Below are positions 1-20,170 of a stretch of DNA of 64,000 nt, one piece after another. Both the position numbers and the translations under genes were made by a program. The DNA comes from the human T2T-CHM13v2.0 reference genome, Homo sapiens, in NCBI RefSeq assembly GCF_009914755.1, contig NC_060944.1; one strand, 5' to 3'. Below the pieces are notes generated by a model. It saw only the letters and a program-made list of their open reading frames with translations. It was not told the DNA's origin and searched no databases. The first letter of the stretch is position 1. Each line of letters starts with the position of its first letter.

Positions 1-589
<589 letters not shown>

Positions 590-925
590 TTATTCTTCCT
601 TTTCTTCCTCCTCTATGCTTGTTTGTTTGCTGCTTTTCCCCCTTCCTTTTCTCTCTCCTTTCCTGTTTCCTCCTTATCCTCCTTTCCTTCTCCCCACCCC
701 CATATTTCTCTGCCTTCACAATAATATGCTGTAAATGCTGGACCCAAGCCTAGTGCTGAGTTGGGGCCTTCGAGCAGAGGCAGGCCTGAAAGGGCCGGCT
801 GCTATGAGGTTTCCCATGGCTTCCTGCCCACCATGGTGGTCCAGGTAGACAGGAGGGCTCTAGATGCAAAGTTCTAGGGGCAGTCTTGCTGATTCTCCCT
901 CTTCTCCCTGCCCTCTTTCTTTCAG

Positions 926-979
926 AAAAAGATGCAAAGCCGAGTCACATTTGATACCATGGACTTCATTGCAGAGGAG
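926..979 (+). CDS. CNBD2: CNBD2 coding exon (probably exon 3), KKMQSRVTFDTMDFIAEE
   Basis: Polypyrimidine tract + ttcag acceptor (921-925), 54-nt open frame, donor GAG|gtatgc; phase 0 joins next exon. Confidence 0.85.
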
Positions 980-2364
980 GTATGCATAGCTCGAAACTTG
1001 CTGTGGGGGAATTTTCTTTCTGCACCCTGGCTTGGAAGAAACCCTGGCTGGGTATCAGCAGAGCTGGTTTCAGTCTAGGCTCTGCCACCAACTCAGCTTG
1101 TCACCCTGGGTTGGCCACTTCGTTTCCTCATCAATAAAATAGCTGATCTCAGTGATTCCTTCCAGCCCTGGAGCTCCAAGACTGTGAGCATGTAGGAACC
1201 AGCTGTCACTGCACAGTTGAGCAGAACCAATGGGAGAGAGTTCCTGGGCTTGGACCCGTGGGAAAACAGCAGGAAAAGATAAAGCAGAGGATGTGAGAGT
1301 CCCAGAGAGAGGAAGAATTCAGGTGGTGGGAAAGGGCTGACCTGTGTGAATTCTGGTTCTACCCTGAATTCTCTGAGAGATGCTGGGCACACCTCTCACA
1401 CCTGGGTGTCAGATACCCTTAAAGAGTCTTATTCAGGTGCAGCGCAGCTGTTGACACTCGGAAGGCTGAGGTGGGAGGATCACTTGAGGCCAGGAGTTCA
1501 AGACTGCAGTGAGCTATGGTCGTATCACTGCATTCCAGTCTGGGTGATAGAGCGAGGCCCCCTCTCTAAAAAAGAGTCCTCTCATTTTGATGAGAGAATG
1601 CTTTTATATCCATGGGAGCTTTGGACTGTGTGACTTGTTCCCTGAATTTCAATCTCATCATTGTTATCTTCTTGGCTTCTCTCCATGATATCCTGGATAT
1701 TAAATATTAAAATCCAATTTAAAATTTAAAAGAGTCTACCTATTTATAGGGAACATCTGAAATTCTCACCAATGCAGACCTGACTTGATCCTGGCTTGGA
1801 GTAGCCACGTTGTTGTTTTTTTCCTCAGTGGAAGGGGAAAGAAAAGAACTTTATAATGGGTATCAGGGCCACCTGTGCCCATCTCCTGCCCCACCCCTTT
1901 CTCTTCTTGGAGCCCAGGTATGGCTTCTGTTGCTTGCCTCTCCTGGGCACAGCCTTATTTTTCGTGCCCCCTCGTGTATGAAGCATACTCAGTTAAGTCA
2001 TTCAAGCTCTGTGACTCTTCAGCTCTTCAGGCTGGCTAGTGTGTGACACTGAGCACTGAAGCTTAATCAGGCTCTTTCCTTCAGGCAGGAGAAACTAGGG
2101 GCCTATCTGAGAGCCACAGAACTCTAGATATGAGGGCAATTCTGTGCACCGCAGTAGAGGGCGGGAAGAGGGCACAAAGGGAAAATTCTTTGTTATGGGC
2201 AAGGCCTATAGGTGGTCCTCAAATGAATCATGCCTGACTCTGGTTCCAACACAGGGAAGAGTAGAGAGCCAATTTATCCTCCCGTCTCAGCCTTCTGAGT
2301 AGCTGGCATTACAGGTGTGCGCTGCTGAGCCCAGCTGGAGGCTCATTTTAAAAACCAGCCCTTT

Positions 2365-2783
<419 letters not shown>

Positions 2784-3151
2784 CTAAAAAACACTGAATT
2801 GTACACTTTAAATGGTGATTTCCAGGGCATGTGAATTATATCTAAGTAAAAATGACATATAATATATAGTACACACACATGTATAGTTATATAACCTGCC
2901 CCTCAGCACAGCATTTGGATTCTGATGGACAACTAAGCCTCAGTATAGTCCATATTGGGCTTCTAATAACGCTAAACTTCTCACAGACAACCCTTAGTAT
3001 TAGAGAGGCTTAGAATCATAGACTCAATTATTGCAGCAACTGTCAGACAGTGGAAACAATGGATACATTTACAAAACATTGTTTAGAAAAACACTGAGTG
3101 AAGAAAAGCAAATTGTGCAAGTGATGTCTACAGTCTTGACATTTATGTAAA

Positions 3152-3769
<618 letters not shown>

Positions 3770-5393
3770 TAAATTTTAAAATACAAAATAGTCTTATATA
3801 TTCTGTGGGTACATATATATGCATACATAAAAGTGGTAAACTCAGATGGTGGGGAGCAGATCTGGATTGGGGTGGTGTATACATATAAGAGGATTTTAAC
3901 TATCTGTGTTGTTCTGATTTCTAATGGAAAATATGTGTTATTTCTAAAAATTTTACTTACACCTAAGAAAAATAGAGGAAGTTATTATGCCAGATGTTAA
4001 TGGCTAATTTTGGGTAGTGGGATTATGGTCAGTCATTCTTTCTTGATCCTTCATGTCCTCTGGAGGAACACAGTAGGGGTGTGGCTGGCCTGCAGTGAGT
4101 GAAGGGAAAATGGTGAGAAATGGTGTTTGAGAAGCAGACGGGCCAAGTCTCCTATGCCCTATTTGAAGTGTATTCCCTTTTCCCCATCCCAGACATTTTT
4201 TGAGCTCCTAAGGTAGGCCTAGATCTGTGTGTGGTTGTGAGGAATATTAGGCTGTGTAACATCCCCAGCCTGCCATTGAGGAGCTAACTAGGAGTTATGA
4301 TGAGACTTAACTAGTAAGTTACCCACTTTCATGATAATTACATTAATCCATTCACTAAGGCAGAGCCCTTGTAACCTAATTACCTCTTAAAGGTCTCAGT
4401 TTTACAAATTTTTTTGTAGAAACAAGGTCTTGCTATGTTGCCTAGGCTGGTCTCAAACTCCTGGCCTCAAGTGATCCCCCTGCCTTGGCCTCCCAAAGTG
4501 TTGGGATTATAGGCATGAGCCACTGTGCCCAGCGTCCACTTCTTAATAGTGTCAGAATGGCAATTATATTTTGACACAAGTTTTGGAGGGGACGTTCACC
4601 CTATAGCAAGAGCCTACTGGGGAAGGGGCTACTCTTTCAGCTAAGACGACCCAGTGGGGACTCACTGAGGGTGTGGCAGCATCTGAGCTGAGACCAGAAT
4701 GATGAGTCAGCCATGTCCACGAGAAAACCCAGGGGACAAATATTCCAGGCAGAAAAAAACAGCCCAGGCAGAGACCTCAAGACAGAGCCGAGCTTAGCAC
4801 ATGCCAGGGACAGGTAGAAAGTTCCAGAGTAGAGAACAAAGGGGAGAGGTAGGAGATGAGGCTGGAGAGAAGCCATTGAGGGTGTTCACAACTCACAGTG
4901 TCACTTCTTCAGCAGGTGGGAGTGGTAGGTGAACGTGCTGGTCCATGAGGCCTGGTTCACTGGAGAAGAAAAGCTTTAGCTAATAGTCTCTGGAAGGTTC
5001 ACTTTGCTTGTTAGTCTCCTGTAGCACACTGAGCTCTAGGCTGAGACAGAGGCAAAGGTCTCCCCTGACTGCTATGTGTATGTGCTGAGCAGACTCTGCA
5101 GGACCACTGGAGCCCAGGGAAGCCTGTATTGCCTGGGAAGGTCAATGAACAACACAGGTCGGGGGGATGTCAGCGTTGATATGTGTCAGATCTCCTAATC
5201 CTGCCTGAGTTTCTTCATCTGTCAAATGGAATAACAGTTCTTGGGCTGGCAGGATGCAGTGAGATGGGCGTGTAAAATGTTTATCCCAGTGCCTGACACA
5301 CAGTAAGCACTCATCACGTCAGCCACTGTGGTACAGGGAACGGGAGAGTGTACAAGCAGGACTGTGGGGTGTTGCCCGCTGGCCCATGGGTGA

Positions 5394-5783
<390 letters not shown>

Positions 5784-6407
5784 TGAGACTCTTAATTAAA
5801 GGGCCATTAAATCTGGAGAGGATCTAGTAGAAACCTCAGAGAGGATCTGGTCCAATTCCCTCATTTTTCAGATGAGGAAACTGAGGCTCTGTGGGGGAAA
5901 ATGGCTCCTCCTAGGTCACCCAGACAAAAAGAAACAGCGCTGAAGCTCTTTTCAGTTACGCCCATCAGAGCTTGGGATGAATTCTTTCTGAAACAGCTTG
6001 GCTTTGCTTGAATTACCACTGAGGTCAGTGATGCTCTGATTGAGAGTTGAGAAAGGGTAGTTTCCCAAAGGAGAATCAGGGTGTGATTGGTGGAAAAATA
6101 TGACCAGATGCTTGACAGCAAAAGCGACAGATGTCTGCTTTTGGAGATTCGGGTTCTAGCTCTGACTTGATTGTGGCTTGCCGTGACTTTCAGCAAGCTG
6201 TGGGTTCCTTGGGTCCCCCTTTCCCCTTCCCAAAAATGTTGGTTGAGCTTGATGGTCTCTGAGGGTCTTTCTGGCTCTAGCTCTAGTCATCTTTACTTCA
6301 GTGAACAGTGCCTGTGCTCCCTCATCTTCAAAATCTCATTTCCTAGCTGAATATTCCTGCTATCTCCCAGCTAGTCATTATCACCTGGGCCATCTCCTCT
6401 TTCTTTA

Positions 6408-6716
6408 TTCTTTTTATTATTATTATTTTTTGAGATGGGTCTCGTCCTGTCAACCAGGCTGGAGTGCAGTGGTGTGATCACAGCTCACTGAAGCCTCTAC
6501 CTCCTAGGTTCATATGAGCCTTCCACCTCGGCCTCCTTTGTAGCTGGGACAAGGGGTAGGCATCACCATTCCTGGCTAATTTTACTTTTTATTTTTTGTA
6601 GAGACATAGTCTCACTATGTTGCTCAGGGTGGTCTTGAACTCCTGAGCTCAAGTGATTCTTCCACCTCAGCCTCCCAAAATGCTGGGATTACAGACGTGT
6701 ACCACCGTGCCTGGCT
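6408..6716 (-). mobile_element. AluJ-like
   Basis: Diverged dimeric Alu, poly-T at left. Confidence 0.8.
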
Positions 6717-7703
6717 TGCCTCTTTCCTACATTGATAAAGATTCCAGGCTGATACTGGTTTGTAGCTCATGAAGCCCACAGCCACAATGGAGGCTGGGCA
6801 GTACTGACTCCAGCCTGGTGTGGTCCTCTGTCTGTCCTCTGATCCCTTCCCTCAGGAGTTTGCCACAGAATCACAAGGCCAGTGAGTACTCTCTAAGAGG
6901 TCAGAAGAGGAGATGCTGCTGGGGGCTGGGTCAGGGAAGGCTTCCTGGAGGAAGTAGGATCTGAGTTCCTGAAAGGATCTGAATAGTGGAGAAGACAGGG
7001 AAGGCCATTGCAGGCAGGGGAGCAACATGGACAAACTGATGGAACAAAGTGGGTATCATCTGCCCTGAGCAGGGTGTTGGTTCCCCTGCTGCTGGTCAAG
7101 CCAGCGAGTCAGGAAGGAGCAGAAGGTGGCAGTGTGGAGGGGGAGGAGGAAGAGGAGGAACTGCTGAGGGCAGGGCCATGAGCTCAGAGCTGGGGACAAT
7201 GGCCCTGCTATCGGGGCACTTCCACAATGGCTGCTCATCAGTCCTGGCAGAGACTAAAGGGCAGACTTTTTTTTACCCATTGTCTCCTGGGTAAAATCCA
7301 AACTTAGCTGAGCTTTGGAGGCCCTTTATGGTGGGACCAGTCGAATTTCTCTCCCACCACTCCCCTGACTTGCCTTCTCCCATTTTCCTTTCCCGTGAAG
7401 TGCACATTACCTATGAAGTACACGTTATCCCTTGAATGTGCCGTGCTTTGGGCCACCTCTGCACCTTTGGTCATGGTGGTCCCTGTGCCTGGGACCCTCT
7501 TCCATCTCTTTGTCCACCTGGATGACTCACTTCAAGCACCATGCTAGAGCCTTGTCTGACCTTCCTAAGCTTGGATAAAGGCCCCTTCTCTGTGCTCCTC
7601 AAGTAGCCTGCACTGACATCTCTTAAAGCATTTTTAAACCTTATTTACATCCTGTATGTGACCATAATTTTGAAAACAAAGTCTGTGTTGTTCATTGTGC
7701 CCA

Positions 7704-8245
7704 ATTTTTTTTTTTTTGAGACAGAGTCACCCAGGCCAGAGTGCAGTGGTATGATCATGGCTCACCATAGCCCTAAACTCCCAGGCTCAGGTGATCTTCC
7801 CACCTCAGCCTTACAGGCAGCTGGGACTACAGGTGTGCACCCCCACATTTGGCTAATCTTTGCATTTTTTGTAGAGATGAGGTTTCACCTTGTTGCCCAC
7901 CCAGGAGTTCAAGACCAGCCTGGGCAACATAACAAGACTCCGACTCTCCAAATAATAGAACAATTAGCTGGATGTGGCAACTTCAGGTCTCAGCTCAAAT
8001 ATCCCTTCCTTATTGATAGTAATAGTAAGAATAGCTAACATGGGACTGGGCACAGTGGCTTACTCCTGTAATCCCAGCACTTTGCAAGGCCAAGGTGGGA
8101 GGATCCTTGAGCCCAGGAGTTCAAGACCAGCCTAGGCAACATAGTGAGACCCTGTCCCTATCTCAAACTCCTAGGCTCAAATGATCCTCCCACCTTGGCC
8201 TCCCAAAGTGCTGGGATTAACAGGCGTGTGCCACCACACCTGGCC
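7704..8245 (-). mobile_element. AluJ-like element interrupted by a 261-bp templated insertion (7900-8160)
   Basis: Alu breaks at tgttgccca (7899) and resumes at tctcaaactcc (8161). Confidence 0.85.
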
Positions 8246-8941
8246 TCACGGTACCTAACAGACACCACTGATATTTATTTAACTTATTGAATGAATGAAG
8301 GAAAAGAATAAATATCGAAAGAATTGAGATTTGGACTTGCATACGAAATACAGAAACTTCCCTCTGAGTTTAAGAACTCCTTGTTCGCTCTGGGCCTGGG
8401 CACCTCTACCCCAAGGGTGCCCAGTTGGGTAGTGGGCTGCTGGTAATTATGATAAGACCATTATCTGTGTCTCATTCTAGGCATACTCATCTGCATTTTA
8501 CAGACAAGAGAAACCAAGGATCAGAGAGGGGATATCCATTGCTCAGTGTCACACAGCTAAGAGCAGAACCAGGATTTGGATCCTGGGCTAACGCTAAAGC
8601 CAGTCCTCCTAATCATTTAGTGACTCTACTAACCCATTCATTGCTTTCAGCATGTGTTCACTCATTTATTCCACTATGTTCAATGAACATTCACTGTGCC
8701 CAAGCACACGCAGCAGTGACCCAGACTGGCAAAGACTCTGCTCTCAGGAAGCTTCAGTTCAACCGAGGCAGGCAACGGGATAGGTGTTAGTGAAAGGCTC
8801 CAGCTTGACTGGCAGGGCTGGGCTGTCCTGAGGGCCCTTCTGGTCCAAGTCTGTGCTCTTATATCCCAAAGCAAAGAGCACAACCAGTCCAGAGCTCCTC
8901 TCAGCTTGGACCTGCCCCCATGTCACTACCCAATCAACTAG

Positions 8942-9163
<222 letters not shown>

Positions 9164-9480
9164 TGACAGGACTTCTGCTAGAACCTCTCAGCCAGGCCCA
9201 GTCCTGCCTAGTACTCTGTACAAGTCAGTGTCCCGTGTGGGCCCCTTACCTGTCAAATGCTAATTGAGTTGGACTAAGATCAGCCTCTTCATCTGTGATG
9301 TTTAAGAAGTATGTTCCTGATACAGCCCTTTAGAGATGAAGTGACTCCATAGTGAGGCCTCTCCAGCTTCCTCCCCTCTGGCCTGTTCAGGTCTGTTGCC
9401 TCTTTTTCCATAAGCAGCAGATTAAGAAGAAGGGGAGTGGGCCCCAGTGGGAGAATGTGCAGGAGAATAGAGGAGGCTAG

Positions 9481-9756
<276 letters not shown>

Positions 9757-9985
9757 TAACTCTGCCTTCATTCAACATTTTTTTCCCCTTGTGTGTTTAT
9801 TAGCTGCCTGACTTTGTCTGTCCTAGGCCTGGTGGGAAACATACTGGTTGCTGTTCTCTCTGTCTGGGATGCTCTGAAGTCCCACCTCGTACCCACCTTC
9901 TCTCTCTGCAGACTCCTACTATCCCTTCGGGTCTCAGCTCAAATATCCCTTCTTTATTGAAAGTAATAGTAAGAATAGCTAACAC

Positions 9986-10771
<786 letters not shown>

Positions 10772-11329
10772 TAATTCTTGATTGCATGGTAATTTCTTTA
10801 CAGTTTATATACCCCCTCAGACAGTAAGCAGTATGGTGACAGAGACCAGATAGATCTGTCTTTGTCACTACTATAATCCTTATGTTGTCACACTGCCAGA
10901 CACATGCAGGTGCTCAACAAATAAATATTGAGTAAGGTGAATAACAGGATATAAATAATTACAATCACATGTGAGTCAGAAAGTAAGCACCGTAACTGGG
11001 TATCATATTTAAAAGCAGAACTCATACATAGCAAAAGATTTTTGGTTTTTGAATACTTATGTGCATGAAAGGCCACGTAAGGATATGCAAGTGAAATCTC
11101 ATTTAATTGCTCTTCAGTTATTTGCCTTTATGTAAAAGGAATAAAAATCCAATGAAGTATCTGCACTGGCCCTGAAAATTTGGGCTGTAGGGCTGCACAG
11201 CTACAGAGAAGTGTGATGGCCGAGGGGTCTGGTTCCTGTGGCTGGGGCTGAGAGAGGTAGCTTCATCCCCTGGAAAAGTGGGGATTTAGTCCTAAAGGGA
11301 GGAGCTGTTTTTTTTTTCCATACTGTGGA

Positions 11330-11530
11330 AAAATAGGTCTGGCTCCAATCTCAGCTCTTAGGTTACCAGCGATGTGACCCTAGATAGGTCACGCCATTTC
11401 TCTGTGTTTTAGCCTCCTGCTCTGTAAAATGGGGATAAGGATACCCTTCTCCCAAGGTCATGGTGAGGATGGAATGGAATGATCATGGGAAGTGTATGGC
11501 CCAGTGCTTGGTGCGTGGTAGGTACTTCTT
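11330..11530 (+). mobile_element. MIR
   Basis: MIR core (tgtgacc...ctctgtgtttt...ctgtaaaatggggataa...gtgaggat). Confidence 0.7.
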
Positions 11531-12348
11531 CTATGGTGGCCCTACTTTTCTTCTGGTGTCTTCAGACCTTCGTCCCTGACATGGCACTGAGCGTGTTCAC
11601 CTCTGGTGCCCTGACCTTAACTCAGTGCGCGCATTGAGGCCTGAGTCACCTTGAGTTAACCTGATTCAATGAACTCAGTCCACCTGAGTCAGTTAAGTTC
11701 TGAGCCCTTAACCTGTTGGAGGTGAGAAAATCTGAGATGATTGTTGGCAGCACTTGGAGCAGCATATGAAGGCAGGCAAGCCTGTGAACGTGGTGTTCAA
11801 GGTCAGGGGAAGGGGCAGTCACAGTGGGGTGGGTTCACCCACAGGGAGCAACAGGCAGAAAGAGTGGAGTCCAGACATGTCCCACTCTCCAGACCCAGAG
11901 CTGAGGATTTGAAGCCAACAGGCCAGGGGGACACAAGGGTTGGATGAGCTGCCCAAAGCAAAGGTAGGGCCAGAACCGCTAAGTTGGGGGACAGAGCAGC
12001 TGTGAGCTGGAGTGGGGACTAGCTTCATGAGCCACGGTGGGGAGGGATGGCAGGGCTGGAGGAGGAGAAGATTCTTGGAAGGAGGAGCAGAGGTGAGAAA
12101 AGCACAGAGGCTGGATCACCCAGGGGCATCTGAGCAGCAGTAAAGAGGGGAGCTTGGCTGGAGGGGAGGGCCTTGGGAAAAGGAGGAGGGAGCCAAGGTG
12201 ATAGCAGGTAGGAGAATGGCTACAGGCAAGGCCAGGTAATTGGGCAGGTAGCAGCGAAATCTTCCACCCAGGCATCCTCCACAGGAGAAGAGTATGTGCC
12301 CTCTGCAGATTGCTAAGGTCTGGGCACCTTGTGTGATGGAGTTGATGA

Positions 12349-12546
<198 letters not shown>

Positions 12547-12830
12547 TGAGGAGCATGCCTAAGATCATGTCCTGTGACCTGATGGTCAGAGTTTGAGCCC
12601 TTTTCTGCAACCTGTGCAATTCACTTCCTTCTCAGAGTTTCCATGTCCCAGCTGTAAGAGGCCTGCCTCTCACAGAGCATGGCTAGAGACATTAGATATA
12701 TGGCTATTGTGTTAGAAAGAGGACCAAGGGATTCTCCCGCCTTGAGCTCCTAAGCATGCTTATTTACATATAGATGCATATTTAAATTATGCATTTGGCT
12801 GTTGAATCTTAGTGATGCCAGATCACTTTT

Positions 12831-13447
<617 letters not shown>

Positions 13448-14565
13448 TTAAATTATCTTTAAATTGTAAAAGTGATATGACCACATTAGGAAACTTTCTG
13501 GAAAAAGGGAAGAAATCATCCATAAACCCATCATCTCAGAGTAGAGTTTCAAAATGGAATTTCTTGGTATCATGATTTTGTTTTGTAAGGCAGACTTTAT
13601 TCAAAGGGGCCATAGCCATAGGTATAGGGACCACTGCAATGGAGTCTTGCAGCCAGAGACAGAGATTGGACTCAACTCTCAGTATCGTAATTTTTATGGC
13701 TCCTGCAACAAATTGCATTCCAAAAGGAGAGCCCCACCTTATCTAGTGTCCAGGATGTACATTTTTGTTGGTGCCATCACAGCTCTGCCAGCCTTGCATG
13801 TCATTTTTTCAAAAGTTTTCTAGTTTAATAGGTCGCAATTGCTGCCATACTGAGGATTTGATATTTTTTCTGATTACTAGTGAGATTTATCATGTTTGTT
13901 TATGACCTACATTTTATCTTTTGCAAATTGCTTCACGTCCTTTGCCACCTTCTCTGTTGGTTGATAATGAAAAGAAAATCTCCCATTTCTCAAGTGCTTA
14001 CTGTATGCCAGGTTCTATGTTTCACATGCTTCATCTCATTTTAGTCTCTATAGCCCGGAGGAGGTTAGTATTGTCATTATTCCCATTTTACAGAGGAGGA
14101 AACTGAGGCACAGTAAGGTGAAGTGGTTATCCAAGGTCACACAGCTGATGAAGTGCAGAGGCAGGGTTCAACCCAAGTCTCTCTGACTGCAAAGATATTT
14201 TCAAGAACTTGGATTTAGGATTTGGGCTGACCTTTCTGTCTGGTTCTTACAGATTAAGCCACCACAGGCATTTGTTGAGTTTTTGCCAAGGTCATGACAC
14301 ATTGGTCCAGGCTCTGGAGGGATACAAAGATGAAAAAGACTGGTTTTCTCTCTTTATAGATCTCCTCCACCAGATTCCACACATAGACAAAGAAAAGTGT
14401 CAATGCCAAGTACCAAGTGATTGGTGCAAACTCTGCAAGTTACAAGATTTCAGGAGAGGGAACTCTCTAAAGGCTGGAGGCTTTAAGAAGGGCTTCCTGG
14501 AGGAGGTGAGGTGGGAGATGAGCCCTGACATATTGAACCATTAGGCAAAAGGAGGAAGCAAGATT

Positions 14566-16353
<1,788 letters not shown>

Positions 16354-16789
16354 GGGGCGTGGTGTGTGTGTTGTTATTCTCGGCTCAGTCCCAGAGAACA
16401 GAATCAAGTCTAGTTAATATAAGTAGCAAAAGATTTATTGCCAGATATCAATTGGCAGTTCCTTCTCCTCCTTGATATTTGCTTCCTCTGTGCTAAAATT
16501 TTGAGGTGATCACCTCTGCCATATCTCTCCAAATTTAACTCTAAGCTCTTTGATACTATATAGCCAGAAAAGATGGGGGGATGTGTGGTGAGGGATAGAA
16601 ATCCTTTACAATATTTTCTTTAATCAGCATAATGATTACATTCTGACTGGCAGAAAGCGGGGGGTGGTTCTTCATCTGTTTTGCCTCCATTGCTTCACCT
16701 GTGAAATGGTACCAATCACCCCATAAAGTCTGGTAAGGATGAGAATCAGTTTAGTACATGCTTACTCAGTGAGCATTCCTCCCGCAATC

Positions 16790-17299
<510 letters not shown>

Positions 17300-17880
17300 C
17301 CTAAGGGAGGAATTTTCAAATTTTGGTAAGCATCCAGACATGTAGGGTGCTTCCTGAGGGAGGAATTCTCAAACTTTGGTAAGCATACAAACACATAGGG
17401 TGCTTTTTAAAAAGGCAGATTTGCTGTCTCACCCCAGAGATTGATTCATTAACTCTGGAATCTGCATTTGAGCAAGTGCTGTAGGGGATTCTAATGCAGG
17501 GGTGCTGAGCCTTCATTCTGAGAAAAATAATGCGGAAGTCACTAAAGGACAGCAAGGTAGGGAGCTCTTGGCCAGAAGATGAATCTGGTTTGTTCCTTAC
17601 AGTGTTTTATTAAAATCTGATTTAATCATCAATGTGAAGATTTTATATAAAAATTCTGATTTCTGGCTTTTGAGAATTCAGAGGATCAGGCAACAACAAG
17701 CCATATTTTGGTACAGCACCCCCTCCCCCACCCCCCGACCCTGGTTGGAAATGAAAAGCACCAGCCCCCTCTAAAGGACTGCTCTTTTCTCTCTTTTTTT
17801 TTCCTGCCTGGCCAGCGTTTTTTGAGTGTTCATCTCTGGGAGGGAGATCAAGCTGTCCCGACTCCTGTAGTTTACTCATA

Positions 17881-17899
17881 TTACCACTAGAGGGCAAAA
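17881..17899 (+). promoter_or_regulatory. Candidate CTCF site with upstream motif
   Basis: ttaCCACTAGAGGGCAaaa matches CTCF core; TGTAGTTTAC lies at upstream-module spacing. Confidence 0.65.
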
Positions 17900-18792
17900 T
17901 CAGCTGCGGGTGGCTGGACACCCCTGGGACCTCAGAAAGCTAGAGAAGATTTCCTGATGGCATCGAAAACTTAATGCACACTTTCAACTCATTTCTAACA
18001 GTTTATCACTGGGGGACACATAGTGGAACTGTTCTCTCCATAGATGCAATTAAAGACCTACTAAATACTTGAGGAAACCGGGCTCATGTTGTTTCTCTGG
18101 CACCTGCAGTTCCCCTATAGCTCAAAAAAAAGAAAAAAAAAAGTATGCAGTAAAGATTTCAAATCTAAACTTTACAGCTTCATAAATTTTTATATATGTA
18201 TACACCTGAGTGATCATTACCCAAATCAAGATAAAAAACATTTCCACTACTCCAGAAGGCTCTCCTGTGCTCCTTCCTAGACAAAATCCCCCCACAAAGC
18301 TTAATACTCTTAAGACTTATGTCACCACAGGTTACTTTTGCATGTTTTTGAACTTCATATAAATGGAATCATACAGTGTGTATTCCTTGTTTCTGACTTC
18401 TTTTGCTCAACTGAATATTTGTTATTTTTAATTTTATAAATTATGGTGTGCATAGAATAATATGTGACCATTAAACATGATACTATAGAACCATATTGTT
18501 TGGCATGAAAAGAGGTATTTGATATATTATTGAGTTTCTTAAAAAGTTACAAGAGTCTGTTTTATGTAAATGAATTCGTTGATGAAAAATTGTAGATATA
18601 CATCTTATATGTTCATAGAGAAAAGTTTGAAATAATATTCACTAATATGTTACTACTAGTTATTTCTGAGTGTCAGGATTAATGTAGTTTTTATCTCTAT
18701 GTTTTTATGTCTGGTTTGAATATTTTTAAACTTTCAATTTTGGAATAATTTTAAATTTATAAAAAAATTATAAGAACAGTACAAAGAACTCC

Positions 18793-19487
<695 letters not shown>

Positions 19488-19586
19488 TTATATTTAGTTC
19501 TTATGCTTCTTCAGTTACTTGAACTTCGTATGGTGAGTAAATAACATTTTCATTTAAAAAAAAAAAAAGAAAAAAAAAAAGCACCA

Positions 19587-19885
19587 GGCTGGGCGTGGTG
19601 GCTCACACCTGTAATCCCAGCACTTTGGGAGGTCGAGGCAGGCAGATTGCTTGAGGTCAGGAGTTCGAGACCAGCCTGGCCAACATGGTGAAACCCCGTC
19701 TCTACTAAAAATACAAAAATTAGCCGGGCATGGTGGCACATGTCTATAATCCCAGCTACTCAGGAGGCTGAGGCAGGAGAATCGCTTGAACTCAGGAGGC
19801 AGAGGTTGCAGTGAGCCGAGATTGCCCCATTGCTCTCCAGCGTGGGTGACAAAGTGAGACTCCATCTCAAAAAAAAGAAAAAAGA
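19587..19885 (+). mobile_element. AluSx-like
   Basis: Full dimeric Alu with A tail. Confidence 0.85.
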
Positions 19886-19987
19886 ACCTGAAACCACTTG
19901 CATTAAGCAAATAAAACAAAATGGGATAAGATGCAATTAAGAGAGATTTTCTTCAAAGCCTGGCCTACCTGGAGCCTTAGGGGTTAA

Positions 19988-20170
<183 letters not shown>

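Noticed and set aside
2149-2164. CTCF-like GCAGTAGAGGGCGG
   Set aside because: Mismatches at both ends; too weak to call without data.
18121-18143. Isolated A tract suggesting a processed pseudogene end
   Set aside because: No AATAAA, TSD or ORF found upstream.
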